A stretch of 13,206 nt of DNA from Rhodothermales bacterium (GTDB lineage Bacteria > Bacteroidota > Rhodothermia > Rhodothermales > VXPQ01). The translations under genes and the position numbers were made by a program. The notes beneath the pieces were generated by a model, which made no database searches, was not told where the DNA came from, and saw only the letters and a list, made by a program, of their open reading frames with translations. Positions 5,360 to 13,206 of this stretch are shown here, piece by piece; within the stretch, counting starts at the first letter, position 1, and each line of letters starts with the position of its first letter. The DNA lies in contig JBBDTI010000012.1 in the NCBI GenBank assembly GCA_040904565.1, positions 1-13,206 of the forward strand, given 5' to 3'.

Positions 5360-7150
5360 CTACGGCGCCCGCGCGGCCACCTTCTCACGGTGTGCGGCCC
5401 GGGCATGGGGATCGAGCACGTCCTCGCCAAAGACCCTTAGGCCCACGAAAAGGACGGCCGCGCCGGCGAGCATCGACAGCCACCAGGGAAAACCGAATCC
5501 GGCCGGCACCGTCCCGAGGAAGATCGCGACGAGTCCCACCAGCATCGCGTACGGCAGCTGGGTCCGCACGTGTTCGATGTGATCGCATCCCGACGCCATC
5601 GAGGAGAGAATCGTCGTATCGGAAATCGGCGAGCAGTGGTCTCCCCACACCGCGCCCGCCAGTACGCAGGAAACGGACGAATAGATGAGGTGGTAGTGCT
5701 GCGGATCCGCCATGGCATTGAGCTGAAGGATCGCCCATACGAGGGGAACGACGAGGGGCATGAGGATGCCCATCGTGCCCCAGCTCGTGCCGGTGGAAAA
5801 GGCCGTCGCGGCGGCGATCACGAAGACGATCGCGGGAACGAGCCCGGGCACGAGCGATTCGCCCAGCACGGACACCAGGTAGTCGGCCGTCTCGAGAACC
5901 ATCGTGATCTCGGCGAGCGCCCACGCCATCACGAGGATGATCGTCGCATACAGCATCGACTTGACGCCGGCGTACCACGCGTTGACGACCTCGTCGACCG
6001 TCAGCACGCGCTGGGCGATCGACAGCGCGGCGGCCGTGACGACGCCCAGCAGGGATCCCCACATGAGCGAGCGGTACGGATCGGCGCTGCCGATCACGTC
6101 GCGCAGCGTCTCTCCCTCCCCCGTCGCGTAGAGTCCGCCCAGCACGGAGGCGACCAGCACGAAGACCGGCAGCACGGCGTTGACGGTCCGATACGGGACG
6201 CCCTTCTTGGCAGCCATCTCGCCGCCTTCTCCCGACGCCGCCTCGTCCACCCGCGCGCCCGGCGAGAGCACCTGGCCCGTCCGGCGCGCCCGCCGCTCGG
6301 CCCGCAGCATGGGCCCGAACTCCTTCGGTGACGCGGCGATGTTGAAGACGAAGAATATGGCCAGAATCGGGTAGAAGCTGTAGAGGAGCGAATGCAGGAA
6401 GATCGAATAGGCGGACTCGTCGAAGCCCTCGATCCCGGCCACGGCCGTGCCGATCAGTCCGACCTCGTAGCCGATCCACGTGGTGACGAGCGCCAGGCAC
6501 GCGACGGGAGCGGCCGTGGAGTCGACGATGTACGCCAGTTTTTCGCGGGAGATGTCGAGCCGGTCGGTAACGGACCGCATCGTGTTGCCCACGACGAGCG
6601 TGTTGGCATAATCGTCGAAGAAAATGGCCAGTCCGAGGAGTCCGGTCGCCACCTGTCCGTCGCGGGCGGACTTCGCCCGGCGGACGATGTGTTCTACTAC
6701 GCCTTGCATCCCTCCGTTGCGAGAGACGATGCCTACCATCCCCCCGATCATCAGTGAGAAGAGGATGATGGCCGCGTGATCGGGGTTGGCGAGCGCGTCG
6801 AGGACGTACACCTGGAAGGTGTCCAGCAGACCCAGCCACACGCCCGACCACGAGAGGCCGTGGGCGGCCCACGCCCCCATCCAGATGCCGGCGAAGAGGG
6901 CGGGGATGACCTGTTTGAAGAGGAGCGCGAACCCGATCGCGATCAGCGGCGGGAGTACGGACACCCAGCCGGGGATGCCGGCCGCCGCGTCCTGGGGGGC
7001 GGCGCCGGCGGACGCCGTCGGGCCGGTGGGCGCGGCGCCGAATCCCTCGCTCACGGCACCGACGAGAACGAACAGCGTGAGACCCAGCACGGCGACCCAT
7101 GGCAGGAGGCCTTGCAGACGAGGGCGCGATGGTGTGAGCCTTCGTCGCAT
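5360..7150 (-). CDS. NhaC-family Na+/H+ antiporter-like transporter (family includes amino-acid and organic-acid carriers)
   Basis: Many TM segments; motifs SVLPPLIAI, IFFDDYAN, ISREKLAYIVDSTAAP, AFSTGTSWGT, GAVWGDHCSPISDTTILSS, HIEHVRTQLPYA. Confidence 0.93.
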   Translation of the reverse strand: MRRRLTPSRPRLQGLLPWVAVLGLTLFVLVGAVSEGFGAAPTGPTASAGAAPQDAAAGIPGWVSVLPPLIAIGFALLFKQVIPALFAGIWMGAWAAHGLSWSGVWLGLLDTFQVYVLDALANPDHAAIILFSLMIGGMVGIVSRNGGMQGVVEHIVRRAKSARDGQVATGLLGLAIFFDDYANTLVVGNTMRSVTDRLDISREKLAYIVDSTAAPVACLALVTTWIGYEVGLIGTAVAGIEGFDESAYSIFLHSLLYSFYPILAIFFVFNIAASPKEFGPMLRAERRARRTGQVLSPGARVDEAASGEGGEMAAKKGVPYRTVNAVLPVFVLVASVLGGLYATGEGETLRDVIGSADPYRSLMWGSLLGVVTAAALSIAQRVLTVDEVVNAWYAGVKSMLYATIILVMAWALAEITMVLETADYLVSVLGESLVPGLVPAIVFVIAAATAFSTGTSWGTMGILMPLVVPLVWAILQLNAMADPQHYHLIYSSVSCVLAGAVWGDHCSPISDTTILSSMASGCDHIEHVRTQLPYAMLVGLVAIFLGTVPAGFGFPWWLSMLAGAAVLFVGLRVFGEDVLDPHARAAHREKVAARAP

Positions 7151-7153
7151 AGC

Positions 7154-7783
7154 CTAGCTCGTCGTGCCGAAGATTCGATCGCCCGCATCGCCGAGCCCGG
7201 GTCGAATGAATGCGTTCCGGTCCAGCTCGCGGTCTACCGCGCCCGCCACGATCTCGACGCCGGGGTGCGCCTCCAGCAAGGCGTCGACCCCTTCCGGCGC
7301 GGCGACGAGGCAGATGAAATGGAAGCGGCTCGCCCCGCGTTCTTTGAGATGCGCGATCGTCCGCGTCGCCGTCCCCCCCGTGGCGAGCATGGGATCTATC
7401 ACGAAGACGTGGTCGCGCTCGATGTCGGACGGTATGCTGCTGTAGTACCCTTCCGGCTCGTGCGAGGCTTCGTCGCGCTGCATGCCGACGTGCGCGACGC
7501 GGGCCTCCGGCACCAGATCGACGAATCCCTGTACGAATCCGAGTCCGGCCCGCAGAATCGGAACGACCAAAACATCTTCATCCACCACGAACCCCTCAGC
7601 CGCCTCGAGCGGCGTCTGGACGGCGATGCGGCCGAGCTTCAGCGAGCGCATCGCCTCGTAGGCGAGAAACACCGAGACGGAAGCCATCTTCCGACGAAAG
7701 ACGTCGCTGGAGGTCGTCCGATTCCGGAGTATCGTCAGGTCGCGCTGCAGGAGGGGATGGTCGACGACGGTCACGTTCTTCAT
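7154..7783 (-). CDS. upp: Uracil phosphoribosyltransferase
   Basis: From ATG 7783, 209 aa: VDHPLL, VQTPL, VPILRAGLG, PRPP-binding loop VIDPMLATGGT, IRPGLGDAGDRIFGT. The start overlaps the upstream stop (ATGA). Confidence 0.98.
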   Translation of the reverse strand: MKNVTVVDHPLLQRDLTILRNRTTSSDVFRRKMASVSVFLAYEAMRSLKLGRIAVQTPLEAAEGFVVDEDVLVVPILRAGLGFVQGFVDLVPEARVAHVGMQRDEASHEPEGYYSSIPSDIERDHVFVIDPMLATGGTATRTIAHLKERGASRFHFICLVAAPEGVDALLEAHPGVEIVAGAVDRELDRNAFIRPGLGDAGDRIFGTTS

Positions 7784-9552
7784 GCGTCCGACCCGCGCCC
7801 GCCCTGTTTCTTCTTCTGCCGCCGCTCTTCCACGTACCGCTTGTGCACCTCCTCGTTTTCGAGCCACGGCGTGCGCTCGAAGTAGTCGTCGGTCATCTTC
7901 CGCACCTTCTTCGAGAGCAGCAGCAGAGCGAGCAGGTTCGGGATGATGACGATCCCGAGAAAGACGTCGCCCAGCGTCCACACCGTGGCCAGCGCCAGCG
8001 TCGCGCCGACGAAGTGCATCAGTACGAAGGCCATCTTGTAGGGCAGGACGGCCCGCTCTCCAAAGAGATAGAAGGCGCACCGGTCCCCGTAATAACTCCA
8101 CGCGATAGCCGTCGAGATCGCAAACAGCAGCACGCTAATGATGACGATGTACCCGCCCCAGTCGCCCAGGGGCGCGAGGCCCTTGGTGAAACCGAGCTGC
8201 GTGAGCGGGGCGCCGTTTTCGACGGCCTCACCGTACAGCGTCGTGTAGATCATACCGTTGCTTCCGATGGCGCGCTGCTCACCGGGAACGATGCGCCCCG
8301 AGAAGGGCTCCGTGTGCCCCGGGTCGACGAAGAACTCCTCCACGGCCACGTCGTGCCAGGCCATGCGGATCGCGCCGGGGCCTGCCTGCGGGCTGCCCGA
8401 TTCGATCACGATCTCTTCGGGGGGCGACACGCCGGCGAAGAGCCCCTGCTGCCCCTGTTCGACGTAACTGGCGTCACCGGACGAAAGATCGAATTCCGTC
8501 GGCACCGTGTCGGTCCACGCCCCCGTCATGAGGATGACCAGCGCGGTCATGGTGCAGATAACGATGGTATCGATGAACGGCTCTAGCAGCGCGACGACGC
8601 CCTCCGATACGGGCTCGTCCGTCTTTGCCGCCGAGTGCGCGATGGGGGCCGACCCCTGGCCCGCCTCGTTGGAGAAGAGTCCGCGACGCACGCCCCACAT
8701 CAGCGTGATGAGGAAGGCACCGGTGCCCGTACCGGCCACGCCGGCGGACGGATTGAACGCCTCGGCGAAGATGAGGGCCAGCGTACCGGGCAGCTGCTCG
8801 ATGTTGAATATGATGATCAGCAGCGCTCCGAACACGTAGACGGCCGCCATGGCCGGCGCCAGAATGCTCGTGACGCGGCCGATGCGGCTGATACCGCCGA
8901 TGATGACCAGCGCGACGACCGTCGCCGTGACGATGCCCGTGATCCAGACCGCCACGCCGAATTCACTCGCGACGACGTCGGCCACGGTGTTGGCCTGGAC
9001 GGCATTACCCGTCAGAAAGGCCGTAATACCAAGAAGCGCGGCGAACAGTATCGCCATCGGCTTCCAGCTCTTCCCGAGACCGCGCTCGATGTAATACATC
9101 GGTCCGCCCGAAACCGTGCCCTTCCACTTCGGGGAATCGTCCGTTGCGATCACGTCGCGGTAGTGCTGAGCGAGCGTGACCTCGGTATATTTGGTAGCCA
9201 TCCCCAGAAAGGCCGTCACCCACATCCAGAAGAGCGCGCCGGGCCCGCCCCAGTGGATGGCGATGGCCACGCCGGCGATGTTGCCGATCCCCACGGTAGC
9301 GGAGAGCGCCGTCGTGAGCGCCTGGAAATGCGGCACGTCGCCCGGCTCGTCCGGGTCGTCGTATTTCCCCGATGTCACCGCGAATCCGTGCCCGAGGCGC
9401 CGGAGCTGAATGAACTGCAGGCGCAGCGTCAGGAAGATGCCCGTACCGAGCAACAGGATGACGACCAGGGGGATCGTCTCGCCTCCTACGATGGGACCGA
9501 AATTCCAGACGGCATTTTCCAGCCATCCAACAATCTGTTCGAGCAAGCTCAT
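7780..9552 (-). CDS. Alanine/glycine:cation symporter family protein (AlsT/AgcS) with a 100-aa soluble insertion
   Basis: FQALTTALSATVGIGNIAGVA, GGPGALFWMW, GGPMYYI, GNAVQAN, GVRRGLFSNEAGQGSAPIAH, EPFIDTIVICTMTA, LFAISTAIAWSYYG, IPNLLALLLLS. Confidence 0.96.
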   Translation of the reverse strand: MSLLEQIVGWLENAVWNFGPIVGGETIPLVVILLLGTGIFLTLRLQFIQLRRLGHGFAVTSGKYDDPDEPGDVPHFQALTTALSATVGIGNIAGVAIAIHWGGPGALFWMWVTAFLGMATKYTEVTLAQHYRDVIATDDSPKWKGTVSGGPMYYIERGLGKSWKPMAILFAALLGITAFLTGNAVQANTVADVVASEFGVAVWITGIVTATVVALVIIGGISRIGRVTSILAPAMAAVYVFGALLIIIFNIEQLPGTLALIFAEAFNPSAGVAGTGTGAFLITLMWGVRRGLFSNEAGQGSAPIAHSAAKTDEPVSEGVVALLEPFIDTIVICTMTALVILMTGAWTDTVPTEFDLSSGDASYVEQGQQGLFAGVSPPEEIVIESGSPQAGPGAIRMAWHDVAVEEFFVDPGHTEPFSGRIVPGEQRAIGSNGMIYTTLYGEAVENGAPLTQLGFTKGLAPLGDWGGYIVIISVLLFAISTAIAWSYYGDRCAFYLFGERAVLPYKMAFVLMHFVGATLALATVWTLGDVFLGIVIIPNLLALLLLSKKVRKMTDDYFERTPWLENEEVHKRYVEERRQKKKQGGRGSDA

Positions 9553-9601
9553 AAGGGTGCCAGGGGGATCGTGAAACGTTCGTGCCTCCCGAGGTGACGA
9601 A

Positions 9602-9633
9602 CGAATATAAACGCTCAGTCATGGCGTGGCAAA
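9602..9633 (-). promoter_or_regulatory. Candidate Bacteroidota-type housekeeping promoter (-33/-7) for alsT-upp-NhaC
   Basis: Minus strand reads TTTG-N20-TATATTCG, one mismatch to the Bacteroides consensus TTTG-N19-21-TAnnTTTG, ending 49 nt upstream of the ATG at 9552. Confidence 0.6.
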
Positions 9634-9650
9634 CCTGCGCGCCGCGGCTG

Positions 9651-10334
9651 CTAGAGCGACTCCGGTTCCACGTCGACGATCTGGCCGTTCATGAACGCCA
9701 GCGTACGCGCGGGGAATTTCTTGACGAGGCGGTAGTCGTGGGTGGCTATGAGGACGGTCATGCCCTGCCGGTGGAGGCTGATGATGAGTTTCATGATCTC
9801 GTCGGCCACGTTGGGGTCGAGGTTTCCGGTCGGTTCGTCGGCCAGCAGGATCCACGGCTCGTTCGCGATGGCCCGGGCGATGGCGACGCGCTGCTGCTCG
9901 CCTCCGGACAGCTCGTGCGGATATCGCTTCTGCTTGTGACTCAGACCTACGCGCGAAAGCACCTGGACGACCCGGCTCTTGACGTTCGCACCCGACTTCC
10001 CCGTTGCGCGAAGAGCGAACGCGACGTTGTCGAAGACGCTGCGATCGGGCAGCAGCTGATAGTCCTGAAACACCACGCCGAGCGATCGACGCAGGTAGGG
10101 TATATCCTTGTCGGTCAGCTGATCCGTCCGAAAGTTGCCGATGCGCGCCACGCCGTTTTCCGGCGGGACGTCCATGTACAGCATGCGCAGAAGCGTCGTC
10201 TTCCCGCTGCCGGTCGGACCCACCAGGTAGGCCATCTCGCCCTGCCGGATCGTGAGATCGAGGTGGCTGATGACCCCGCGACGGCGGCCGTCCGGGAGTT
10301 CGTAGGATAGGGTGATGTCGGAGAGCTGGATCAC
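9651..10334 (-). CDS. ftsE: Cell division ATP-binding protein FtsE
   Basis: 227-aa ABC ATPase: Walker A GPTGSGKTT, FtsE-typical IPYLRRSLGVVFQDYQLLPDRSVFDNVAF, signature LSGGEQQRVAIARA, Walker B LLADEPTGNLDP, IATHD. GTG start overlaps the upstream stop (GTGA). Confidence 0.9.
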   Translation of the reverse strand: MIQLSDITLSYELPDGRRRGVISHLDLTIRQGEMAYLVGPTGSGKTTLLRMLYMDVPPENGVARIGNFRTDQLTDKDIPYLRRSLGVVFQDYQLLPDRSVFDNVAFALRATGKSGANVKSRVVQVLSRVGLSHKQKRYPHELSGGEQQRVAIARAIANEPWILLADEPTGNLDPNVADEIMKLIISLHRQGMTVLIATHDYRLVKKFPARTLAFMNGQIVDVEPESL

Positions 10335-11119
10335 GACGTCGCCTCGTCCGGTCGCCGAAGTACCCAGTGCGCGCGCTCGGACGCCTCCGTGGCCGCATCC
10401 ATCGAGAAGCCGTCGTAGCAGGCCTCGACGGTGAACTCCACTTCGTCGATCAACGCCCTGATCTCTTCCAGAGAGTATGCACGCTGGACGTGCCGCTCCG
10501 TGAAACGGCGCTCACCCACGGTGATGTCCAGCTCCGTACGGTGCAGGTGCGTCTCCGCGTCATAGCGGCTGCACCGGACGTACGAAAAGTCCTCTACCTC
10601 GTTGCTGTCCTCGAAGAAGCGCTCGTTGTTCACCGAGTTGCTGGGCGTGCTCTGGTCCACGACGAACACGCCACCCGGTTGCAGGGCCCGGTAGGTGCAG
10701 GTGAAAAGACGGCGGATGTCGTCGGTCTCGAGGAGATAATTCAGCCCATCGTAGAGAAGAAGGATCGCATCCACCCGGGTATCTACCCTGAAATTCGTGA
10801 AGTCGGCCAGGTCGAAGCGCAGGTCCACCTCCTCCAATTCCTCCGCCTTGCGCCGCGCGACCTTGATCATCATCTCCGACGCATCCGTGGCAAGGTATCG
10901 ATACGGATGGCGGGAGAGCAATTCGATCGCGAACGAGCCCGTTCCGCACCCCAGTTCGAGGACGGTCTCGGCCGCGGGAGCGTGCTCGTCCAGCAGCTTC
11001 TGGACGTACTCCGCCCACAGCTCGTAGTCGACGTGAGACATCACGACGTCGTAGCCCACCGCGAGTACGGAATAGGGGGCGGTCAGCCGGGCGTCCGGCG
11101 CATCCTCAGAACGGCTCAT
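10331..11119 (-). CDS. Class I SAM-dependent methyltransferase (YqeM-like)
   Basis: Motif I VLELGCGTG, DAS-x-x-M, D-x-x-x-F, YDGLNYL, LQPGGVFVVD, C-terminal E-x-H-x-QRAYS. Start at ATG 11119, 2 nt after the pdxA stop. Confidence 0.93.
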   Translation of the reverse strand: MSRSEDAPDARLTAPYSVLAVGYDVVMSHVDYELWAEYVQKLLDEHAPAAETVLELGCGTGSFAIELLSRHPYRYLATDASEMMIKVARRKAEELEEVDLRFDLADFTNFRVDTRVDAILLLYDGLNYLLETDDIRRLFTCTYRALQPGGVFVVDQSTPSNSVNNERFFEDSNEVEDFSYVRCSRYDAETHLHRTELDITVGERRFTERHVQRAYSLEEIRALIDEVEFTVEACYDGFSMDAATEASERAHWVLRRPDEATS

Positions 11120-11121
11120 TA

Positions 11122-12198
11122 TCAACCCGCCTTTCGTTTGCTGCTTCTGGCCATACGCCGGCGAGCGATGTCGACCGCCAGGTAGATGGCGCTGCGCATG
11201 CTGCCCGGAGAGGCCTTCCCCTCACCCGCAATGTTGAAGGCCGTGCCGTGATCCGGCGACGTGCGCACGATGGGCAGGCCGGCCGTATAGTTGACGCCGC
11301 TTTCGAACGCCAGGGTCTTAAACGGCACCAGGCCCTGATCGTGATACATGGCCAGCACGACGTCGTATAGCCGATACGCTCCGATGGCGAAGAAACCGTC
11401 GGCGGGAAAGGGGCCGAACACGAGCGACCCCTCCTCACAGGCCTGCTCGATAGCCGGAACGATGGATTCGAATTCCTCGCTGCCGAGGACGCCTCCCTCG
11501 CCCGCATGCGGATTGAGTCCGAGCACGGCGATCTTCGGACGTTGAATGCCGAAATCCGCCACCAGGCCGGCGTGCATGACGCGGATCCTGTCGACGATGG
11601 CTTCCCGCGTAACCCCCTTCGGAACGTCCCATATGGGGATGTGGGCCGTGACGAGCCCCACACGCAGGTTGTCCGAGACCATCATCATCGTGTAATCGTC
11701 GCAGCCGGTGCGCCGCGCGATGAACTCGGTATGACCGGGATCCTTAAAGCCGGCTTTCGAGATGGCCTCTTTGTTGATCGGTGCCGTAACCATCCCGTCC
11801 ACCTGCCCTTCGAGGCAGAGATCCACGGCGCGCTCGACGGACTTCATGGCGACGCGGCCCGCCGTGGCGGACACCTCACCGAAGACGACGTCCACTTTTT
11901 CACCGTTGGCGACGTCCAGGATGACGATTTCGCCCGGACGAATACGATCGGGCACGGACCGGACGACCTGCAGCTTCAGGTCACCGAATCCCAGCCGAGA
12001 AGCATGCGTGTTCAGTACGTGTGCGGATCCGACGACGATCGGCTGTACGAAGCGCGATAGACGAGTATCCAGCAGGCTTTTCAGTACCACCTCGGGCCCG
12101 ACGCCATTCGGGTCACCGAGCGTTACGGCGATGCGGGGTCTCTTGGAACGGTCGTCGGATACGGCGGATCTATGTACCGGTTTTGAAGGGTCGGACAT
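11122..12198 (-). CDS. pdxA: 4-hydroxythreonine-4-phosphate dehydrogenase
   Basis: IAVTLGDPNGVGPEV, VTAPINKE, GHTEF, LVTAHIP, IAVLGLNPHAGE, GPFPADGFF, LAMYHDQGL-x-PFK, VNYTAGLPIVRTSPDHGTAFNIAG. Confidence 0.97.
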   Translation of the reverse strand: MSDPSKPVHRSAVSDDRSKRPRIAVTLGDPNGVGPEVVLKSLLDTRLSRFVQPIVVGSAHVLNTHASRLGFGDLKLQVVRSVPDRIRPGEIVILDVANGEKVDVVFGEVSATAGRVAMKSVERAVDLCLEGQVDGMVTAPINKEAISKAGFKDPGHTEFIARRTGCDDYTMMMVSDNLRVGLVTAHIPIWDVPKGVTREAIVDRIRVMHAGLVADFGIQRPKIAVLGLNPHAGEGGVLGSEEFESIVPAIEQACEEGSLVFGPFPADGFFAIGAYRLYDVVLAMYHDQGLVPFKTLAFESGVNYTAGLPIVRTSPDHGTAFNIAGEGKASPGSMRSAIYLAVDIARRRMARSSKRKAG

Positions 12199-12399
12199 AT
12201 GTATGGGAGCGAATGCATCTATCTGAATGTCGATGGAGGACGGCTCGCCAAACCATGGAGAGCAACCCCTTGGACAACATGGGAATCCGATCGCAGTGCC
12301 GCGATCAATTCTGAAACGTGAAAATTGTGTGTACGTTTCCGTTTACGGGCTCCCTCGACGGCGCGAGGCCGCGGTCCGTCCGTCTACGCTCTCAACTTC

Positions 12400-13206
12400 C
12401 TAGAATCCCTCTCCGTTGGCGGGCGGCCCGGTCGGACCCCGTTCCTCGATCAGATCGAGCGCATCGAGAGACGACGCCGCCCGAAAGACGAACCGGCGTC
12501 CACCCGGGTAGGTCCACACCTGTTCTACGCCGCCTGACGACGGGAAGGAGCTCGAGATATCGTCCGGCGGACCGTGGACCACGTACACGCGGGCCGCATC
12601 CGTTCGGAGCCCATCCGGGTAGGGCGTCCTGCCCGTCCGAAAACGATCGGCCGCCGCGTCGATACGCCGGTAGTATTCGGTCATGAGCTCGTTGTACGGT
12701 GTATCGGGAGACGGATCCCGGGCCTTCCAGTAGGCCTCAAACCGTTCGATCCGCTCCTCCCGCGATCCGCGCAGCATCTCCCTGATCTGCTCGCGGGATT
12801 CGATAAACTCGAGATTTCGGATGGCGACCTCGTGGTCGTAGAGCGACAGCGGCATGTCGCGCCAGACCGTCTCGAACACGAACTGCGTGGACGCGCCCGA
12901 AGCCGACTGCGCCGTGCCGACTTCCAGCAGATACGCTCCGTTTTCCAGGCGCTCGGTATGCAGGTCGACCTCCACCAGACGGGCGGCCGCCGCACCGCCC
13001 GCGTCCACACACAGGCACGACGCGTCGATCGACTCGTACGGAGGTGCCTCATCGATCGCAAGGCGGCCTTCTCGGATCAGCTCGTCCCCCGCCCTGCGCT
13101 CGTAGTCCTCCTTCCATCCAGCATCTCGCCGGTCTATGTCAGAACGCACGCGGTAGAGCCGATACGCGAGGTCCGCGTCGCGTTCGACGACCCGTTCGAC
13201 GTCGCG
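12400..13206 (-). CDS. Partial (5' end outside the window) GWxTD-domain protein, variant motif GLRTD
   Basis: Frame stays open to the window edge (RDVERVVERDADLAYRLYRVRSD...). Contains F-x-x-YWKARDPSPDTPYNELM-x-EYYRRI-x-x-A-x-x-x-F...GLRTDAARVYVVHGPPD...QVWTY...RFVF, the GWxTD domain pattern. Confidence 0.9.
   Translation of the reverse strand, partial: RDVERVVERDADLAYRLYRVRSDIDRRDAGWKEDYERRAGDELIREGRLAIDEAPPYESIDASCLCVDAGGAAAARLVEVDLHTERLENGAYLLEVGTAQSASGASTQFVFETVWRDMPLSLYDHEVAIRNLEFIESREQIREMLRGSREERIERFEAYWKARDPSPDTPYNELMTEYYRRIDAAADRFRTGRTPYPDGLRTDAARVYVVHGPPDDISSSFPSSGGVEQVWTYPGGRRFVFRAASSLDALDLIEERGPTGPPANGEGF

Noticed and set aside
5257-5430. N-terminal extension of the cupin (171-aa ORF)
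   Set aside because: Overlaps the NhaC-family 3' end and crosses the repeat array; domain similarity starts at ATG 5256.
5385-7100. 571-aa alternative-frame ORF and other long overlapping or antisense ORFs (for example 868..1755, 3644..4471, 6776..7885, 8635..9597, 10367..11185)
   Set aside because: Shadow frames of well-supported genes, Arg-rich or antisense, with no recognisable motifs; expected at this GC content.
7784-8101. N-terminal extension of upp (315-aa ORF)
   Set aside because: Lies out of frame inside the alsT gene; Upp homology begins at ATG 7783.
9553-9650. Glycine riboswitch upstream of the alanine/glycine symporter
   Set aside because: Spacer is only 98 nt and lacks the GGAGA...CCGAAG...CTCTCAGG aptamer pattern.
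952-12198. Anti-phage system (PHP plus ATPase as in Ppl, or methyltransferase as restriction-modification)
   Set aside because: PHP is a stand-alone YciV-like protein, the ATPase is FtsE, the methyltransferase lacks DPPY/NPPY/PC DNA-methylase motifs, and no nuclease or mobility gene is present.

Overview
GC-rich (about two-thirds by eye), densely coding chromosomal window made up almost entirely of housekeeping genes. Order: partial PorZ-like T9SS beta-propeller (-), ribH (-), PHP phosphoesterase (-), then divergently HIT hydrolase (+), flippase-like LPG_synthase_TM membrane protein (+), DUF72 protein (+), then convergently a long minus-strand run: stand-alone mannose-6-phosphate-isomerase-type cupin, NhaC-family transporter, upp, AlsT/AgcS amino-acid:cation symporter, ftsE, class I SAM methyltransferase, pdxA and a partial GWxTD-domain protein. 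PorZ-like and GWxTD genes, ftsE without ftsX, no Shine-Dalgarno motifs and a TTTG-N20-TAnnTTnG promoter match, all at high GC, point to a Bacteroidota-related lineage, most likely Rhodothermota (inference). I see no mobile element, CRISPR array, RNA gene or defence system, and I cannot support a claim of a new multi-gene system. The most unusual signal is non-genic: four separate degenerate tandem arrays with the same 15-bp period and a related GAC-NNN-GC core at or near gene junctions (899-943, 1845-1919, 3643-3747, 5271-5345), plus a pyrimidine-rich CCCTTCA array directly before the DUF72 start. Secondary points are the tightly coupled alsT-upp-NhaC operon, a 100-aa soluble insertion in the AlsT protein and a GWxTD protein whose signature reads GLRTD.
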